In this document: positions 25,879 through 40,380 of the stretch, one piece after another
Position numbering within the stretch: position 1 is the stretch's first letter
Layout: each line of letters starts with the position of its first letter
NCBI RefSeq assembly: GCF_006345805.1
Contig: NC_043009.1
Location: 17,856,001 to 17,920,000 of the forward strand
Reading direction: 5' to 3'
Origin: Octopus sinensis
Taxonomy: Eukaryota
Length of the DNA: 64,000 nt
Position numbers and translations under genes: made by a program
Notes under the pieces: generated by a model
Told to the model about the DNA's origin: nothing
The model's database searches: none
The model's input: only the letters and a program-made list of their open reading frames with translations

Positions 25879-26744
25879 GGAGAGAGAGAAGGGGGAAGTG
25901 AACAAGAGAGAGGGTGATTCAGATACTGAAGCTCAAATTTGAAACACCATTTCTCAGTTTGAAATATTAGTATTTCGACTCAATAATAAAAAAAAAAATA
26001 ATAAAAAATAGAATAAAATAATTACAACTTTTATTTCTCTCTTCTGTCTTTGAATTGTTTTTGTCATTTTGAACTGGACAAACTTACATTAAAATTACGC
26101 TGTTTATCTCTTCTCTGTTTTAATTTAGTAAAAGCTCTTTATTGTTGTTATTGCTATTATTATTACCTTTCATAAATCTTTCATCACTCTCAGATTTTTT
26201 AAACTGGAGAAAAAATATAATTTGAAATAAAATAATGTGTCAATGTATCTATTTATTTACCAAGGAATATATATATACAAGGAATATATATATATATAAT
26301 ATATATATATATACAGGGAGAGAGAGAGAAGGGGGAAGTGAACAAGAGAGAGGGTGATTCAGATACTGAAGCTCAAATTTGAAACACCATTTCTCAGTTT
26401 GAAATATTAGTATTTCGACTCAATAATAAAAAAAAATAATAAAAAATAGAATAAAATAATTACAACTTTTATTTCTCTCTTCTGTCTTTGAATTGTTTTT
26501 GTCATTTTGAACTGGACAAACTTACATTAAAATTACGCTGTTTATCTCTTCTCTGTTTTAATTTAGTAAAAGCTCTTTATTGTTGTTATTGCTATTATTA
26601 TTACCTTTCATAAATCTTTCATCACTCTCAGATTTTTTAAACTGGAGAAAAAATATAATTTGAAATAAAATAATGTGTCAATGTATCTATTTATTTACCA
26701 AGGAATATATATATACAAGGAATATATATATATATATAATATAT
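25876..26744. repeat. Near-perfect 438-bp tandem duplication
   Basis: Units start at 25876 and 26314; differences seen only in (AG)n and poly-A lengths. Confidence 0.97.
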
Positions 26745-26829
26745 TATATATATATATATGTAAATATGTATATATGTATGTATGTATATATACATATATA
26801 TATATATTATATATATATATATAATATAT

Positions 26830-26862
<33 letters not shown>

Positions 26863-27423
26863 TTGCATTCGCATGATATATATATGCATGCTTTATGCTT
26901 ATGTATATATATATTTATATATATTTATGTATGAAAAATATTCATATGTGTGTGTGTGTGTGTCTATATATATATGCCTGTATGTATACATATATGTGTG
27001 TATATATAAATACACACACACACACACACACATATATACATCTACATATGTATAAAGACATGTATACACACACACATATATATATAAACACACGTATGCA
27101 TATTTGTGTATGTGTGAAAATATACATTTATACATGCATGCACATATATATATATGTGCACATATATATACATATATATATATACGTCTATGTGCTTATA
27201 TGTTTGCAGATATTTGTGTGTGTGTGTATGAGTGTAAAAACTAATTCCAAAATAGCCATAAATTAACAAGCAATTGTGTTACTGATTTCCTCCTTACCAT
27301 TTTTATTCCCTTTCATTGTTTTCACATCATTACTTTTATTGTTTGTTTACATTTCCTTATTTATTTGTTTGCCATATATGTCTTGATGTTGTTTTACTTT
27401 AAATCGCATGGTTACACTGCAAA

Positions 27424-27425
27424 TT

Positions 27426-27464
<39 letters not shown>

Positions 27465-27475
27465 TAGGGTAGTAA

Positions 27476-27509
<34 letters not shown>

Positions 27510-27540
27510 TAGTAGTAGTAGTGTAGTAGTAGTAGTAGCA
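27424..27540. repeat. (AGT)n microsatellite
   Basis: Visible tract. Confidence 0.95.
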
Positions 27541-28367
27541 GTGAAACATATTTAAATATATTTTTTTAAACTTTCTAATTGATTTTGACAATACAAACAA
27601 AGTTGAAGATAATATTTCAAAGTTTCTAAGCTCCGGGAAGCACTGAGATTCAAACATAAGTTTCTGGAGCAGAACGTTTGCGAATTATAGTCGCATACGA
27701 TGTTTTGCTCTGTTGTTGTAGCCTTTTTTTGAAAAAATAAGTATATAAATAAATGAACACGCACATATTGTATGTGTGTATGCATGCATGATGTATAAGT
27801 ATGTGAGTATATCAATGTGTGTGTGTGTGTGTGTGTAAAACATATATATGCACATCTGTATGCAGACATTGTTTTGATGTTTTTGTATCCACTACCAAAT
27901 TATACATCTGCGCATATGTAGGTGTGTGTGCAAGTGTGTATTTGTGCGTGTGTGTGTGTGTGTGTGCATGGATGAGAGTATGTATGCAGTATTGTATGTG
28001 AATATATACCTACATATATATATGTATATATATATATATTAATATATATTATATATATATATACACACACATATATATACATATATATATGTATTTAAAT
28101 ATATATATTTGTATGTATATGAACATACATATATATATATATATGTGTGTTTGTGTGTTCCTACATATATATAATATATATATATTTATACACACACACA
28201 TTGTAGACTTTGTTTTTTCGTTAGTATCTGTGAGTCCAATACTAATATAACTTTCCTCAAAATGGTTCAGAAGTGATAAAGTAATAAATAAAATTTTAAA
28301 ATTGAATAAATAAACTTTTTGTTTCTGACTTTTTATATTTTCAAAATATTGAAATACAATTATTAAT

Positions 28368-28405
<38 letters not shown>

Positions 28406-28513
28406 TCACTCTGTTTTCCTTTTCTTTTTCTCTTTCTCCCCTTGTATATCCACATCCCCTCTCTAATTGTCTCAATAGATACGTACATACATGCATACAT
28501 ACACACACACACA

Positions 28514-28555
<42 letters not shown>

Positions 28556-29748
28556 CGCATATATATGTACATGTATGCATATGCACACACCCTTATATAT
28601 AAATAGATACATACCTATATATATGTATATATACACATATAGAAATTTACACACACATACACAATTATATATATACATATACATACACATACACACCTGC
28701 ACACATCAACATACATAGACATGCATTCATATATATACATACCTACTTACATATGCATACATACATAAACATACATACATATATATACAATATACATATA
28801 TTTATATATATATGTGTGTGTATATATATATACATGTATGTTTGTATGCATGTATGTATGTATGTAGATATGTATGTATATATGTATGTGTGCATGTGTA
28901 TGTATAAATATATGATCTGAGTGCATAAAATCATACTCTTACACATGGGTGTACATACCACAAGACACATGGGTGTACACACCACAATGGCTATTTTTTT
29001 TTTCTTTCTCTGCAATGACAAAAGGCTTTTTAAAGTGGAAACAAATTAACAAATTTCCATATTAATAGTTTAATGGTATATTTTTCTAAATGTCCGCTAC
29101 TCTACACATGTACACATGCATGTACACACACTTATATAATACCCATAAACATATATATATATATATATATATACATATACACACACGTGTGTGTGTATGA
29201 TGTATATGAACACTAATATATATATATATATATGCGTATACATATATGTGTAAATGGGTGTGTTTACACACACACAAGCACATGTATATGCTATACACAC
29301 AGATATATGTTGGTGTTACGTTTTTTAGATTTAAAGACGAGAAGAAATATTTTAAACTTACTAACTAATTTAATAATTTGCTATTACTATGTGATAAATG
29401 ATATGAAGATATTCAACATAAAATATACCATGGATAGCTGTGTTTTTAAACTAATAAATTACATTCTTTGACATTTTTTGGTACATATTAAGACTTGTGC
29501 TTATTCATAATTTTTTTGTGTGTATGTTGTAAAATATAACTGCAAGCAGACGTATGTGTACATACGCACACTGAAAAATGCATGAACACACATATATGTA
29601 TTTGAGTGCGTGCCTCTGTACTTTTAAAGATATATACATACCTACCTACCTACATACATACATACATACATACAGTGTGTAAGTAAGTATACATATATGT
29701 ATGTTTTGTATATATGTATGTATATATGTATGTATGTATATATGTATG

Positions 29749-29787
<39 letters not shown>

Positions 29788-29825
29788 GCACATAGATATA
29801 GACATATATATATGTATTTTGTATG

Positions 29826-29863
<38 letters not shown>

Positions 29864-31055
29864 TATATACATATATACATGTATATTATATAGATAGATA
29901 GACAGATAGATAGATAGATATACATGTGCATACATATATGTATTGTCCTTTCTCTCTCTCTCTCTCTGCATATATAAGTGTGTATATTGTGCTGTGTGTG
30001 TGTGCATCTGTGTATATATAATATATAATATATATACACACACACATACATACACACATACACACACACATATTTATATGCATAGACGTACCTTAGCATA
30101 AGGAGTGTAAATTTTAGTTTTGTTTAAAACTTGACTTCTCTTCAGTTGTTATTCTTTTCTTTGCAGTTGTGTTAGTTTTATTGTCATCACTTTAGATTTT
30201 GTTGTCATCATTTTAGTTTTGTTTTATAGATGGAGTGATGGTGGAAAGGAGGAGGATTTTAGTTTTTCAAAAATTAAACAAGTAAGATTTTCACTATTTT
30301 TGAATATCATACAATAAATTTCCAAAGATTTTTTTTGTTTTTATTCCTAAGAAAAGGATGTTGTGTCAATCATGGCTATTTCGGTTACTCCTCTTCAATT
30401 TGTTGCACTATTTTAGAATATTTAATTATAATATATTGCTGCTACGTTGTGAAGACATAGTTGTAGAGTTAACGAGTTTGTTTTGCAGTTCTGCTGCTTC
30501 AGTTTCGATGCCAATGCAAGCAACATTGGACAAGTGTTTATGCCATAGTCTCAGCCTGTCCAATGCTGTCTAAAAACTGGAAGCACACCCTGAACAATCC
30601 AATCCAAGACACATTACACCTGAAAAAATAGGCTGAGTGGCCATAACTGGAATAACAAAGGCTAAACAATAATAATAATAATAATAATAACATTCGTCTC
30701 ATGATCACTTATTACTAAAATCAGAACAAACACACACAACATCTGTATTATTTTTCTTGAGTTCAAGGACTTCGTTTAAGGACTAATTAGGCCAGTTTTC
30801 CATAAAAGTGACAGAGATCACAACATTCTCCCTGAATGGGAAGCTAATCCATTATAGGGTTCAGTGGGAGTCATTTTCGAGAGGAGCGAATAAATCGAAT
30901 GCAATGACCTCAGCACTTGACTAATTCTTAATTTATTGATCTCGTGAAAGGCTGAAAGGTAAATTTGACCTCACTTGGCATTTGACAAGACAGGAAGAGC
31001 TGGCAGAAATGTTGCTAAGCGTTTTGTCTGACTTCTAATGATTCTGCCAGTTGAG

Positions 31056-31089
<34 letters not shown>

Positions 31090-31318
31090 TGCATGCATGG
31101 TGGCATAGTGGTTACAGTGTTGCACTCATGATCGTACAATAGTGGTTTCATGTTTCTCCAGTCCACTAAGCCAGTAAAAGTTTCTAATCTTGCCACGGAC
31201 CAGTGTCCTGTCCAGGGGACAGGGCATATATATGCCAGAAAATCTGACAAACAGGCCCTGAGAGTTTATATAATTTAGGAAGGAGCTTTATCCTTTATCC
31301 TATGTATGTATGCATAAA

Positions 31319-31366
<48 letters not shown>

Positions 31367-31392
31367 CTTATATTTATATATATATATATATA

Positions 31393-31790
31393 TGTGGCTG
31401 TGTGGTAAGTAGCTTGCTTACAAACCACATGGTTCCGGGTTCAGTCCCACTGCGTGGCACCTTGGGCAAGTGTCTTCTACTATAGCCTTGGGCCGACCAA
31501 AGTCTTGTGAGTGGATTTGGTAGACGGAAACTGAAAGAAGCCCGTCGTATATATGCATATATATATGTGTGTGTGTGTTTGTGTGTCTGTGTTTGTCCCC
31601 CCAACATCGCTTGACAACCGATGCTGGTGTGTTTACGACCCTGTAACTTAGCGGTTCGGCAAAAGTGACCGATAGAATAATTACTAGGCTTACAAAGAAT
31701 AAGTCCTGGGGTCAATTTGCTCAACCAAAAAGGCGGTGCTCCAGCATGGCCACAGTCAAATGACTGAAACAAGTAAAAGAGTAAAAGAGT
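31393..31790 (+). mobile_element. SINE family A, full length, young
   Basis: gtggctgtgtggtaagtagcttgcttacaaaccacatggttccgggttcagtcccactgcgtggcaccttgggcaagtg...gactgaaacaagtaaaaga. Confidence 0.9.
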
Positions 31791-31792
31791 AG

Positions 31793-31827
<35 letters not shown>

Positions 31828-31999
31828 ATATATATATACATACACAGATACTGATAAATTCCTCTATTTACATAATATCGAGGTCTCTTTCATTCATTTG
31901 TTGTCTTACCATTACGATTAATATATAATATGCATGTATGCATATATCTGTTTTATATATATATATATATATTTATGCATGTATGTATATATATATGTG

Positions 32000-32038
<39 letters not shown>

Positions 32039-32694
32039 CAGTTTATATTATAGACTGGAAAAAATATATATATTTTCCAGTCTATATATAGGAAAATAGA
32101 CTGTTTTTTTTATATATGTATAGGAAAACAGTCTATTGCAACTGCACTAAGCTTTTAAAGATAAGATAGATCCACACTGAAGAGAATATGAAATATGAAA
32201 AGGGAATGAAAAAATTTAGTGAAATATCTTGAAGATATTTAATAGTTTTGAAACATTTACAAGAAAAAATTTGAAACTTTCAAAATAGTAAATTCATGCT
32301 ATATGTAAGCAATATCTTGTTCATTTCTTTAAAATTATAATTACTAGAACAATATTGCCATGACACTGTAAATTTGACTAGTGGGTGGAAGTGACAGAGA
32401 AGTGGTGGAGGAAATGATGACAGTAAATAAGAGCTGTAGAGTAAGCTTCTGATTTGAAATATAGATGGAGCTCAAAATTAGCAATAAAATTCAGTTCTTT
32501 AAAGAATTATATTAAAATTGTATTTTACAAAATTTTATTTTATTTTTGACCAAAATATTGATTTTTAGGATTGTATTCTTTTTAGGAATGTATTCTTCCT
32601 TATAAACATTAAGGAGTAATTTGGCTGCTATTTCTTGCTGTACGCATTCTGGCAGCTATTCTAGCAGTTGAGCTACCATGTAGGGACTAAACAC

Positions 32695-32728
<34 letters not shown>

Positions 32729-33499
32729 CAATTGGACCACATCTGTAGATTATTTTTTAATACAAAACATGACATAACATTTATGTGACATTGCAATTCT
32801 TACACCTGTTTCTGCTGCCAATGTCAGTCAGTGCCTACAAAAGAATTGCAAAAGTAATATTCTTCATCTTTATAGGATATTCAAACTAGAACATGGAGCT
32901 TTATCAAAGTGAATACAAAAGCATCCAAAAAAACAAAAAACAAACAAAAGGAAGAGGGAATAAGAAAGAAAACGTGGCCTAGAGAATAAGCCAAGAGGCC
33001 TAATATATTAAAATCATACCATCTTCCATCATAGTGCTTCAAAGTAGGCAAAAGAGGGATCTAGCAATGGTCTAGGAAGAAAATTTATGTGTTATTGCCA
33101 TATAAAGGGAGAACCAGGATGTTTTAAAAGTTGTGAAAAGAAGTTAGCAAAACAAAAATACAAGAAAATTACTAACATGTCTAGAAATAAAGCTGTACCT
33201 ATGTTATCATAAATAGTGCTGGCTGATATTTATCCAAAACGATACCATAGGGTTCTTATGATAGTGTACTTACTGAAATATTACATAGAACACCACCTCT
33301 TGTCCGCAATAGGATAGACCGAAGTCTATTCATCTCTACAATAGGTCAATACCCATACTCATACCCAGAGGTAACACAGGTAACTGATACCAATAGTAAA
33401 TATGGATATTTTATCCCTTAGTCAGTTAGATAGATAGACAGACAGACGGACAGACGGACAGATAGACGGACAGACAAACGGACAGACAAAAGACAGACA

Positions 33500-34480
33500 G
33501 ACATATTATTCTTTACCAAGAATTGTATCGACAGTCGAAGTTTTAGACAAGTAAGCCATCATCAGACTGTGATGCCTTAAGTCTATTTTGGCTTTAGTTA
33601 GTCTCTGTTGAGATAAGTTTTACTAGGATTTGTAGGGTTCAGTTAAATGGGAATTAGGGTGTAAGGTGTGTTGTAATGGAGAGATGTTGTGGAGACAGTT
33701 TTATTAATTAAATTTTGGTTATGCTATTGTTCGGAATATATTCATGCATGTAGAACTTTGTAAACAGGTGTGTATATTAAGGTTGTCAGCTTCAAGTCCT
33801 GGGATTGCTTTTTAGCGGTTCACAAAAAAAAAAGAGAATTAGGTAGAGGAAGTATTTTGATCTGGGGTTATGCCAATAGATTTAATTATTTTTGGCTTCA
33901 TTGGATTTAATCCTTTGCTTTAGCAATGTAAATGTCAAAGTTCAAAGTTTAGTGCAGCATTTAAAAACTTAGTAATTGGTTGTGTCAGCTTTTTTTTTTT
34001 TTTTTGTAGTAATGGAATTTTTAAGGGTTCACAAAGAATGTAAGTAGATGGTATGTTTTAGCTGGTCAGTAAGTTTCTTTACTTGCTGCTGATGGTATAT
34101 AGGGTATTTCTGTTTTGTATTTAGAAGATGAAAGTTATTAGTTGAGCATGTCATGGTGTTATTAGTATAGAATTTGCTTATTTTAAGTTTAGATGTTCAC
34201 AATAAGATGTAGGTAAATGTAAAGGTTGTTAGTCTGTATATTTCTCTTTAGGTGTTCATTGTTCTATAAGCAATTTGATTAATATGTAGAAACTTTAACT
34301 GTTGTGCTTTATGGAGGCAAGGTTTGTTGATTATATTTTCATAAACATTTCTCCAATTCTGTTTCAGGTCTGAGTATTTCACAATATATATTAGCCCCAT
34401 GGATATATGTGGAAGTGTGTATATACTCATGTAAATAAATAAGAATGAAAATAAAATTTAATTTTAATAATTTATTTAAA
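33500..34480 (-). mobile_element. Highly decayed Penelope-like element 3' part (EN region and HHR-like motif)
   Basis: Weak PLE-like translation (KFYTNNTMTCSTNN..., ...HKPKFN) followed by acagt-CTGATGA-tggc...gtct-AAAAC-ttcg-actgt at about 33525-33570. Confidence 0.45.
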
Positions 34481-34511
34481 CATTTAAAATTTTTTTTAAT
34501 TAAATATATAT

Positions 34512-34915
34512 AGGCGCAGGAGTGGCTGTGTGGTAAGTAGCTTGCTTACCAACCACATGGTTCCGGGTTCAGTTCCACTGCGTGGCATCTTGGGCAAGTG
34601 TCTTCTGCTATAGCCTCAAGCCGCCCAATGCCTTGTGAGTGGATTTGGTAGACAGAAACTGAAAGAAACCTGTCGTATATATAATATATATATATATGTG
34701 TGTGTATGTTTGTGTGTCTGTGTTTGTCCCCCTAGCATTGCTTGACAACCAATGCTGGTGTGTTTACGTCCCTGTCACTTAGCGGTTCGGCAAAAGAGAC
34801 CGATAGAATAAGTACTGGGCATACAAAGAATAAGTCCCGGGGTCGATTTGCTCGACTAAAGGCAGTGCTCCAGCATGGCCGCAGTCAAATGACTGAAACA
34901 AGTAAAAGAGTAAAG
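34512..34915 (+). mobile_element. SINE family A, full length, young
   Basis: ggcgcaggagtggctgtgtggtaagtagcttgcttaccaaccacatggttccgggttcagttccactgcgtggc...gactgaaacaagtaaaagag. Confidence 0.92.
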
Positions 34916-34917
34916 AT

Positions 34918-35145
34918 ATTTCTTTATTGCCCACAAGGGGCTAAACATAGAGGGGACAAACAAGGACAGACAAAGGGATGAAGTCGATTACATCTACCCC
35001 AGTGTGTAACTGGTACTTAATTTATCGACCCCGAAAGGATGAAAGGCAAAGTCGACCTCGGTGGAATTTGAACTCACAACGTAGCAGTAGACGAAATACG
35101 GCTACGCATTTCGCCCGGCGTGCTAAAGCTTCTGCCAGCTCGCCG
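34918..35145 (-). mobile_element. SINE family B, tail-to-tail with the preceding SINE A
   Basis: atcgaccccgaaaggatgaaaggcaaagtcgacctcggtggaatttgaactc...ctgccagctcgccg; CpG-retaining, so young. Confidence 0.9.
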
Positions 35146-35260
35146 TAAAGAGTATATATATCATCATCATCACGCTTCTATGCATGGGTAGGATGGTTTG
35201 ACAAGAGCTGGCCAGGCAGAAGCCTGCACCAGACTTATATGTATATATATATATATATTT

Positions 35261-35313
<53 letters not shown>

Positions 35314-35340
35314 TATATATATATATATATATATATTTAT

Positions 35341-35373
<33 letters not shown>

Positions 35374-37146
35374 ATATATATATATATTATATATATATAT
35401 ATATATTTATACATATATATATATATTTATACACATATATATATATATATTATACACACACACACACATAATATAATATATATATATATATATATATACA
35501 ATATGTATGTATGTTTGTATATACATACCAATAGAAGAAGTGTTTGGACCACAGGTGGTGGGGCTATGTTGAAAAATAAACTTCATTTGGTCACATTGCA
35601 TGAGAGTATCTTAGTCAGCCTATGAACTTTGCAGCCAACCCTCAAATTTCCGTTTTTGGAATGTGTTAGATATTATGTTGGAAAGAAAGAGTTTATATGG
35701 AGTTGACTCTAAACAAATTTAGTTTAGAAAACGAGTGATGACTATCCTCCTTGATAGTTGGAAAGTTTGTACCACAAGACAGTTAGTTGGCTCCAGCTGC
35801 TGGCACTGAAACTAACATGACTCTGTTGGAAGGTAGGTCTAGAGAGGGTGCAGGCTAAAACTACGTGCCCTTCCCCTCCATTGGTCAGTTGAAGCTGAGA
35901 TTATGTCACATGACAGTTAGCTGGCGCTGGCTGCTGGAACCTACCAGCAAGTATTTAAAGGGTACTTTGCCAGGGTAGCCAGTCATTCACTGATATCAAG
36001 GAAACCAAAGAAAAAAACACACTCAACACCAGAGCTGAAGACACTCTGAAAGGGCGGGGCCCTGCCACATCAAAAACAGTAGAGGAGTAGGGACTGAAAC
36101 TGGATGTGCTTCCTCCTGATGATGTCCTTAGCCACTGGACCCTATAAAGGAACTGTTGAGGTAGTGAACCATGAAACGTGGTTGGAATTTCTCCTCCAAA
36201 TGGTTTATCCATAAAGATATTGACTTCTTTTGCCTACACTAAAATGCAGTCTACACACTTTTGAAAAAGGAAAATTTATTCTTGGTAAGGTTATAGATAA
36301 AAATGTGTTATTGTGCTTGGAGTCAAGAAAGTTGACTCCAAGTGATATGAACTCAAGGCAGAGGGACTCACAATGAGGATGAAGAATTAGCTTGGTAGCA
36401 GTTCAACTTCCATTCAGGAAGATAAAATCTTTAAATTAAAATGATCTACCAAAGTTACAAAAGGCAAATTTCCCCCAAAAGTCTTATCTTAAAAAAAGTT
36501 GACAGTCATCGTTCTATCTTCTTCCACATTTCAACTAATATTTGAATCATTCATTTCAAACTTGAGGAAATAATTTCTTACATAATTACTATGTTTTATA
36601 TATCTATGGGGAAATGGAAAAGATCTAGTGACATTAAAATGTTACTCAAAGACATTAACACGACCTCGACTAAAGTGAAAAGCCTTACAACAGGGAAAGG
36701 AGGACATCAAGTTTCGTTCACTGACCTCATTAACCTTTAATGTCGATTAGAAAAGCAACTTCAATAAAATAAATAAAAACAACTTTTAAATAACTTGCTG
36801 AGAAAAATACAAATGCCCTTTTATTTAAAATACAAACAACTATGTATATATATGTACAATATACGTACACATGTGTATGTACACACACACATACACACAT
36901 ATGCATATATATATATATGTATACACATGTATATGTGTGTATACACACACACACACAACGTTGTGTGGTAAGAAGTTTGCTTCCTAACATCATGACTCAG
37001 GGTTCAGTCTCACCTTGGGTAAGTGTCTTCTACTATAGCCTCTCAGACTGACTAAAACCTAGTGAGTGGATCAGGTGGTCAGAAACTAAATTAAGCCCAT
37101 TGTATGTGTGTGTGTACGAAAGAGAGAGAGAGGGAGAAAGAAAGAG

Positions 37147-37302
37147 TGTGTGTGTGTGTGTGTGTGTGTGTTTGCATCTCCTTGTGATAATGTATAATAG
37201 TTGACCAGTGATTAATTCATATATTTGCTTTCTTGTGATTTGCCTTGCATTTACTTCGCCTTGTTCTGGCTCTAACCCACAGTCCTTTATACCTTTATAC
37301 AA

Positions 37303-37373
<71 letters not shown>

Positions 37374-37382
37374 TGAGAGATT

Positions 37383-37416
<34 letters not shown>

Positions 37417-38583
37417 TCATAGCAAAGAAAAAAAGAAATCTGTGTATCAAAAGTGTGTGGTCAAATATAAAATGAGTGAGATCTTGTGAATTGTCCATGT
37501 ACCATCTGTACTACAACATAGGTTTAGAGATAAAATGACCGTGAGGGGACATGGTATTCTTGAAGGAGCTTAACTGTGTGAGTCTCAAGTATTGCTTGGG
37601 TATGTGAAGGAGAGAGATAAAGTCTCTTCCATCACACACCAAAGCAATAAAGATGAAAAAGGGATTGACACAAAATCAAACCAATTCCTATTGATATGGC
37701 TGTTGTTGGTGTTGTAATAGTGAGTTTGTGTGATGGTATGGGTGATGGTGGTCTTAGCGGTGGTGGTAGTGGTGGTGGTGGTGGTGGTGGTGGTGGTGGT
37801 GGTGGTGGTGGTGGTGGTGGTGGTATATGGGGAGGATAAGGAGGAGGAAGTTGTTTCATAGCTGCTGTAGTTGTGGCTCTTTTTTGAGAACCAAATATCT
37901 GATGAAATTATTGTTCACAAAAGCATTTAATATTTTAAAAACAAATTAATTAAGAAATCAATTAAACATCAAAAACCTTTGTTGATGTTTGTTTAAAGAC
38001 AATTATAGTGGTATGGATATATAATTATGTGTATAAATGAAGTTTACCAGGTAGATAATGGTCAAGACTGAAGTGGACTGTGTTGATCAGGTGTGAGAGA
38101 GAGAGTATTGAGCAACACAGGTGAAATGACACGGCTTTGAAACGCCCACAGAAACCATTATAGATCTCTCTAACTCATTCTAGCATAGGAAATATATATT
38201 TTAAGATGATTGTGACGATGATGACTATGATGATGATGGTGATAATGATGGTAGTGGTTGTGGTTGTGGTGATACTGATGATAATGATGTGATGGAGGAA
38301 GGCAGCCAGAAAGTTAGGAGGAAGAGATGTCCAACTGTAGATTCAGCCATATCTTCCTTTTCCCAAATGTGCTTACCATATCTGGTTGTTTTGGTGATGA
38401 TAATGTGGAATGTGTGTGTGTGTGTGGTGTGTGTGTGTGTGTGTGTGTGTTTGCATCTCCTTGTGATAATGTATAATAGTTGACTAGTGATTAATTCATA
38501 TATTTGCTTTCTTGTGATTTGCCTTGCATTTACTTCGCCTTGTTCTGGCTCTAACCCACAGTCCTTTATACCTTTATACAATA

Positions 38584-38670
<87 letters not shown>

Positions 38671-38676
38671 GAGATT

Positions 38677-38707
<31 letters not shown>

Positions 38708-39683
38708 CATAGCAAAGAAAAAAAGAAATCTGTGTATCAAAAGTGTGTGGTCAAATATAAAATGAGTGAGATCTTGTGAATTGTCCATGTACCATCTGTA
38801 CTACAACATAGGTTTAGAGATAAAATGACCGTGAGGGGACATGGTATTCTTGAAGGAGCTTAACTGTGTGAGTCTCAAGTATGCTTGGGTATGTGAAGGA
38901 GAGAGATAAAGTCTCTTCCATCACACACCAAAGCAATAAAGATGAAAAAGGGATTGACACAAAATCAAACCAATTCCTATTGATATGGCTGTTGTTGGTG
39001 TTGTAATAGTGAGTTTGTGTGATGGTATGGGTGATGGTGGTCTTAGCGGTGGTGGTAGTGGTGGTGGTGGTGGTGGTGGTGGTGGTGGTGGTGGTGGTAT
39101 ATGGGGAGGATAAGGAGGAGGAAGTTGTTTCATAGCTGCTGTAGTTGTGGCTCTTTTTTGAGAACCAAATATCTGATGAAATTATTGTTCACAAAAGCAT
39201 TTAATATTTTAAAAACAAATTAATTAAGAAATCAATTAAACATCAAAAACCTTTGTTGATGTTTGTTTAAAGACAATTATAGTGGTATGGATATATAATT
39301 ATGTGTATAAATGAAGTTTACCAGGTAGATAATGGTCAAGACTGAAGTGGACTGTGTTGATCAGGTGTGAGAGAGAGAGTATTGAGCAACACAGGTGAAA
39401 TGACACGGCTTTGAAACGCCCACAGAAACCATTATAGATCTCTCTAACTCATTCTAGCATAGGAAATATATATTTTAAGATGATTGTGACGATGATGACT
39501 ATGATGATGATGGTGATAATGATGGTAGTGGTTGTGGTTGTGGTGATACTGATGATAATGATGTGATGGAGGAAGGCAGCCAGAAAGTTAGGAGGAAGAG
39601 ATGTCCAACTGTAGATTCAGCCATATCTTCCTTTTCCCAAATGTGCTTACCATATCTGGTTGTTTTGGTGATGATAATGTGGA

Positions 39684-39714
<31 letters not shown>
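37147..39714. repeat. Near-perfect ~1279-bp tandem duplication bounded by (GT)n tracts
   Basis: tttgcatctcc starts at 37171 and 38450; GT tracts at about 37147-37170, 38411-38450 and 39685-39714. Confidence 0.97.
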
Positions 39715-39715
<1 letters not shown>

Positions 39716-40380
39716 ATGCAAGTATGAGGCATACGTGCATATGTACCATACACGCACAATCTATATTATCATCACCATCACCATACATGCATAGTAAATG
39801 ATCAAATGATCGCTATCAGATGGAATATCAATCCAGGATCACATGAGCTTAGCCCCACCCGCCCCCCATGTATAAGGGTGGGGTTGGAGTCATAGATGGT
39901 TACTAATACAATTTAAATCAAGTGAATAGTGAGATTTTGTGAAAGGGTAATGATAACCAGGATCAATAACACTCCTGTCATCATTCACAGCCAAGTCCTT
40001 TCACTATGAAGCATTTCTTTTGTCATGCCACAAATGCATTTTGCAAAAGCAGTGGAGGTTTGTTTATTTGTTTCTTGTTGATATGTGTGTGTGTGTGTGT
40101 GTGTGTGTATGAGTGTATGTGTGTGTGTGTGTGTATGAGTATATCCAGCCGAAATTGCGAAGATAATCTGGAACTCAGCTGAGGAAAGAAAACTCCTAAT
40201 GACCCGTCCTTGTTTTCTTTGTATCGTCTATCTGGATGCTTTGTTGTCCCTTTTCTGGATGTTTTACGTTCTTGTCCCATTTTGTATATATATATATATA
40301 CACACACACATATAAATATGCATACACACACACATATAAATATGCGTACATATATAAATATATATATATATATATATGTA

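Noticed and set aside
34512-34590. tRNA-like A/B-box sequences as real tRNA genes
   Set aside because: They are heads of multi-copy SINEs; no full cloverleaf seen.
36316-36342. 11-bp perfect hairpin CTTGGAGTCAA-gaaag-TTGACTCCAAG
   Set aside because: Isolated, with no flanking signature; could arise by chance in 64 kb.
37632-39133. Poly-proline ORFs (37632-37859, 38921-39133)
   Set aside because: Derived from the (GGT)n tract in the duplicated unit; no splice or domain support.
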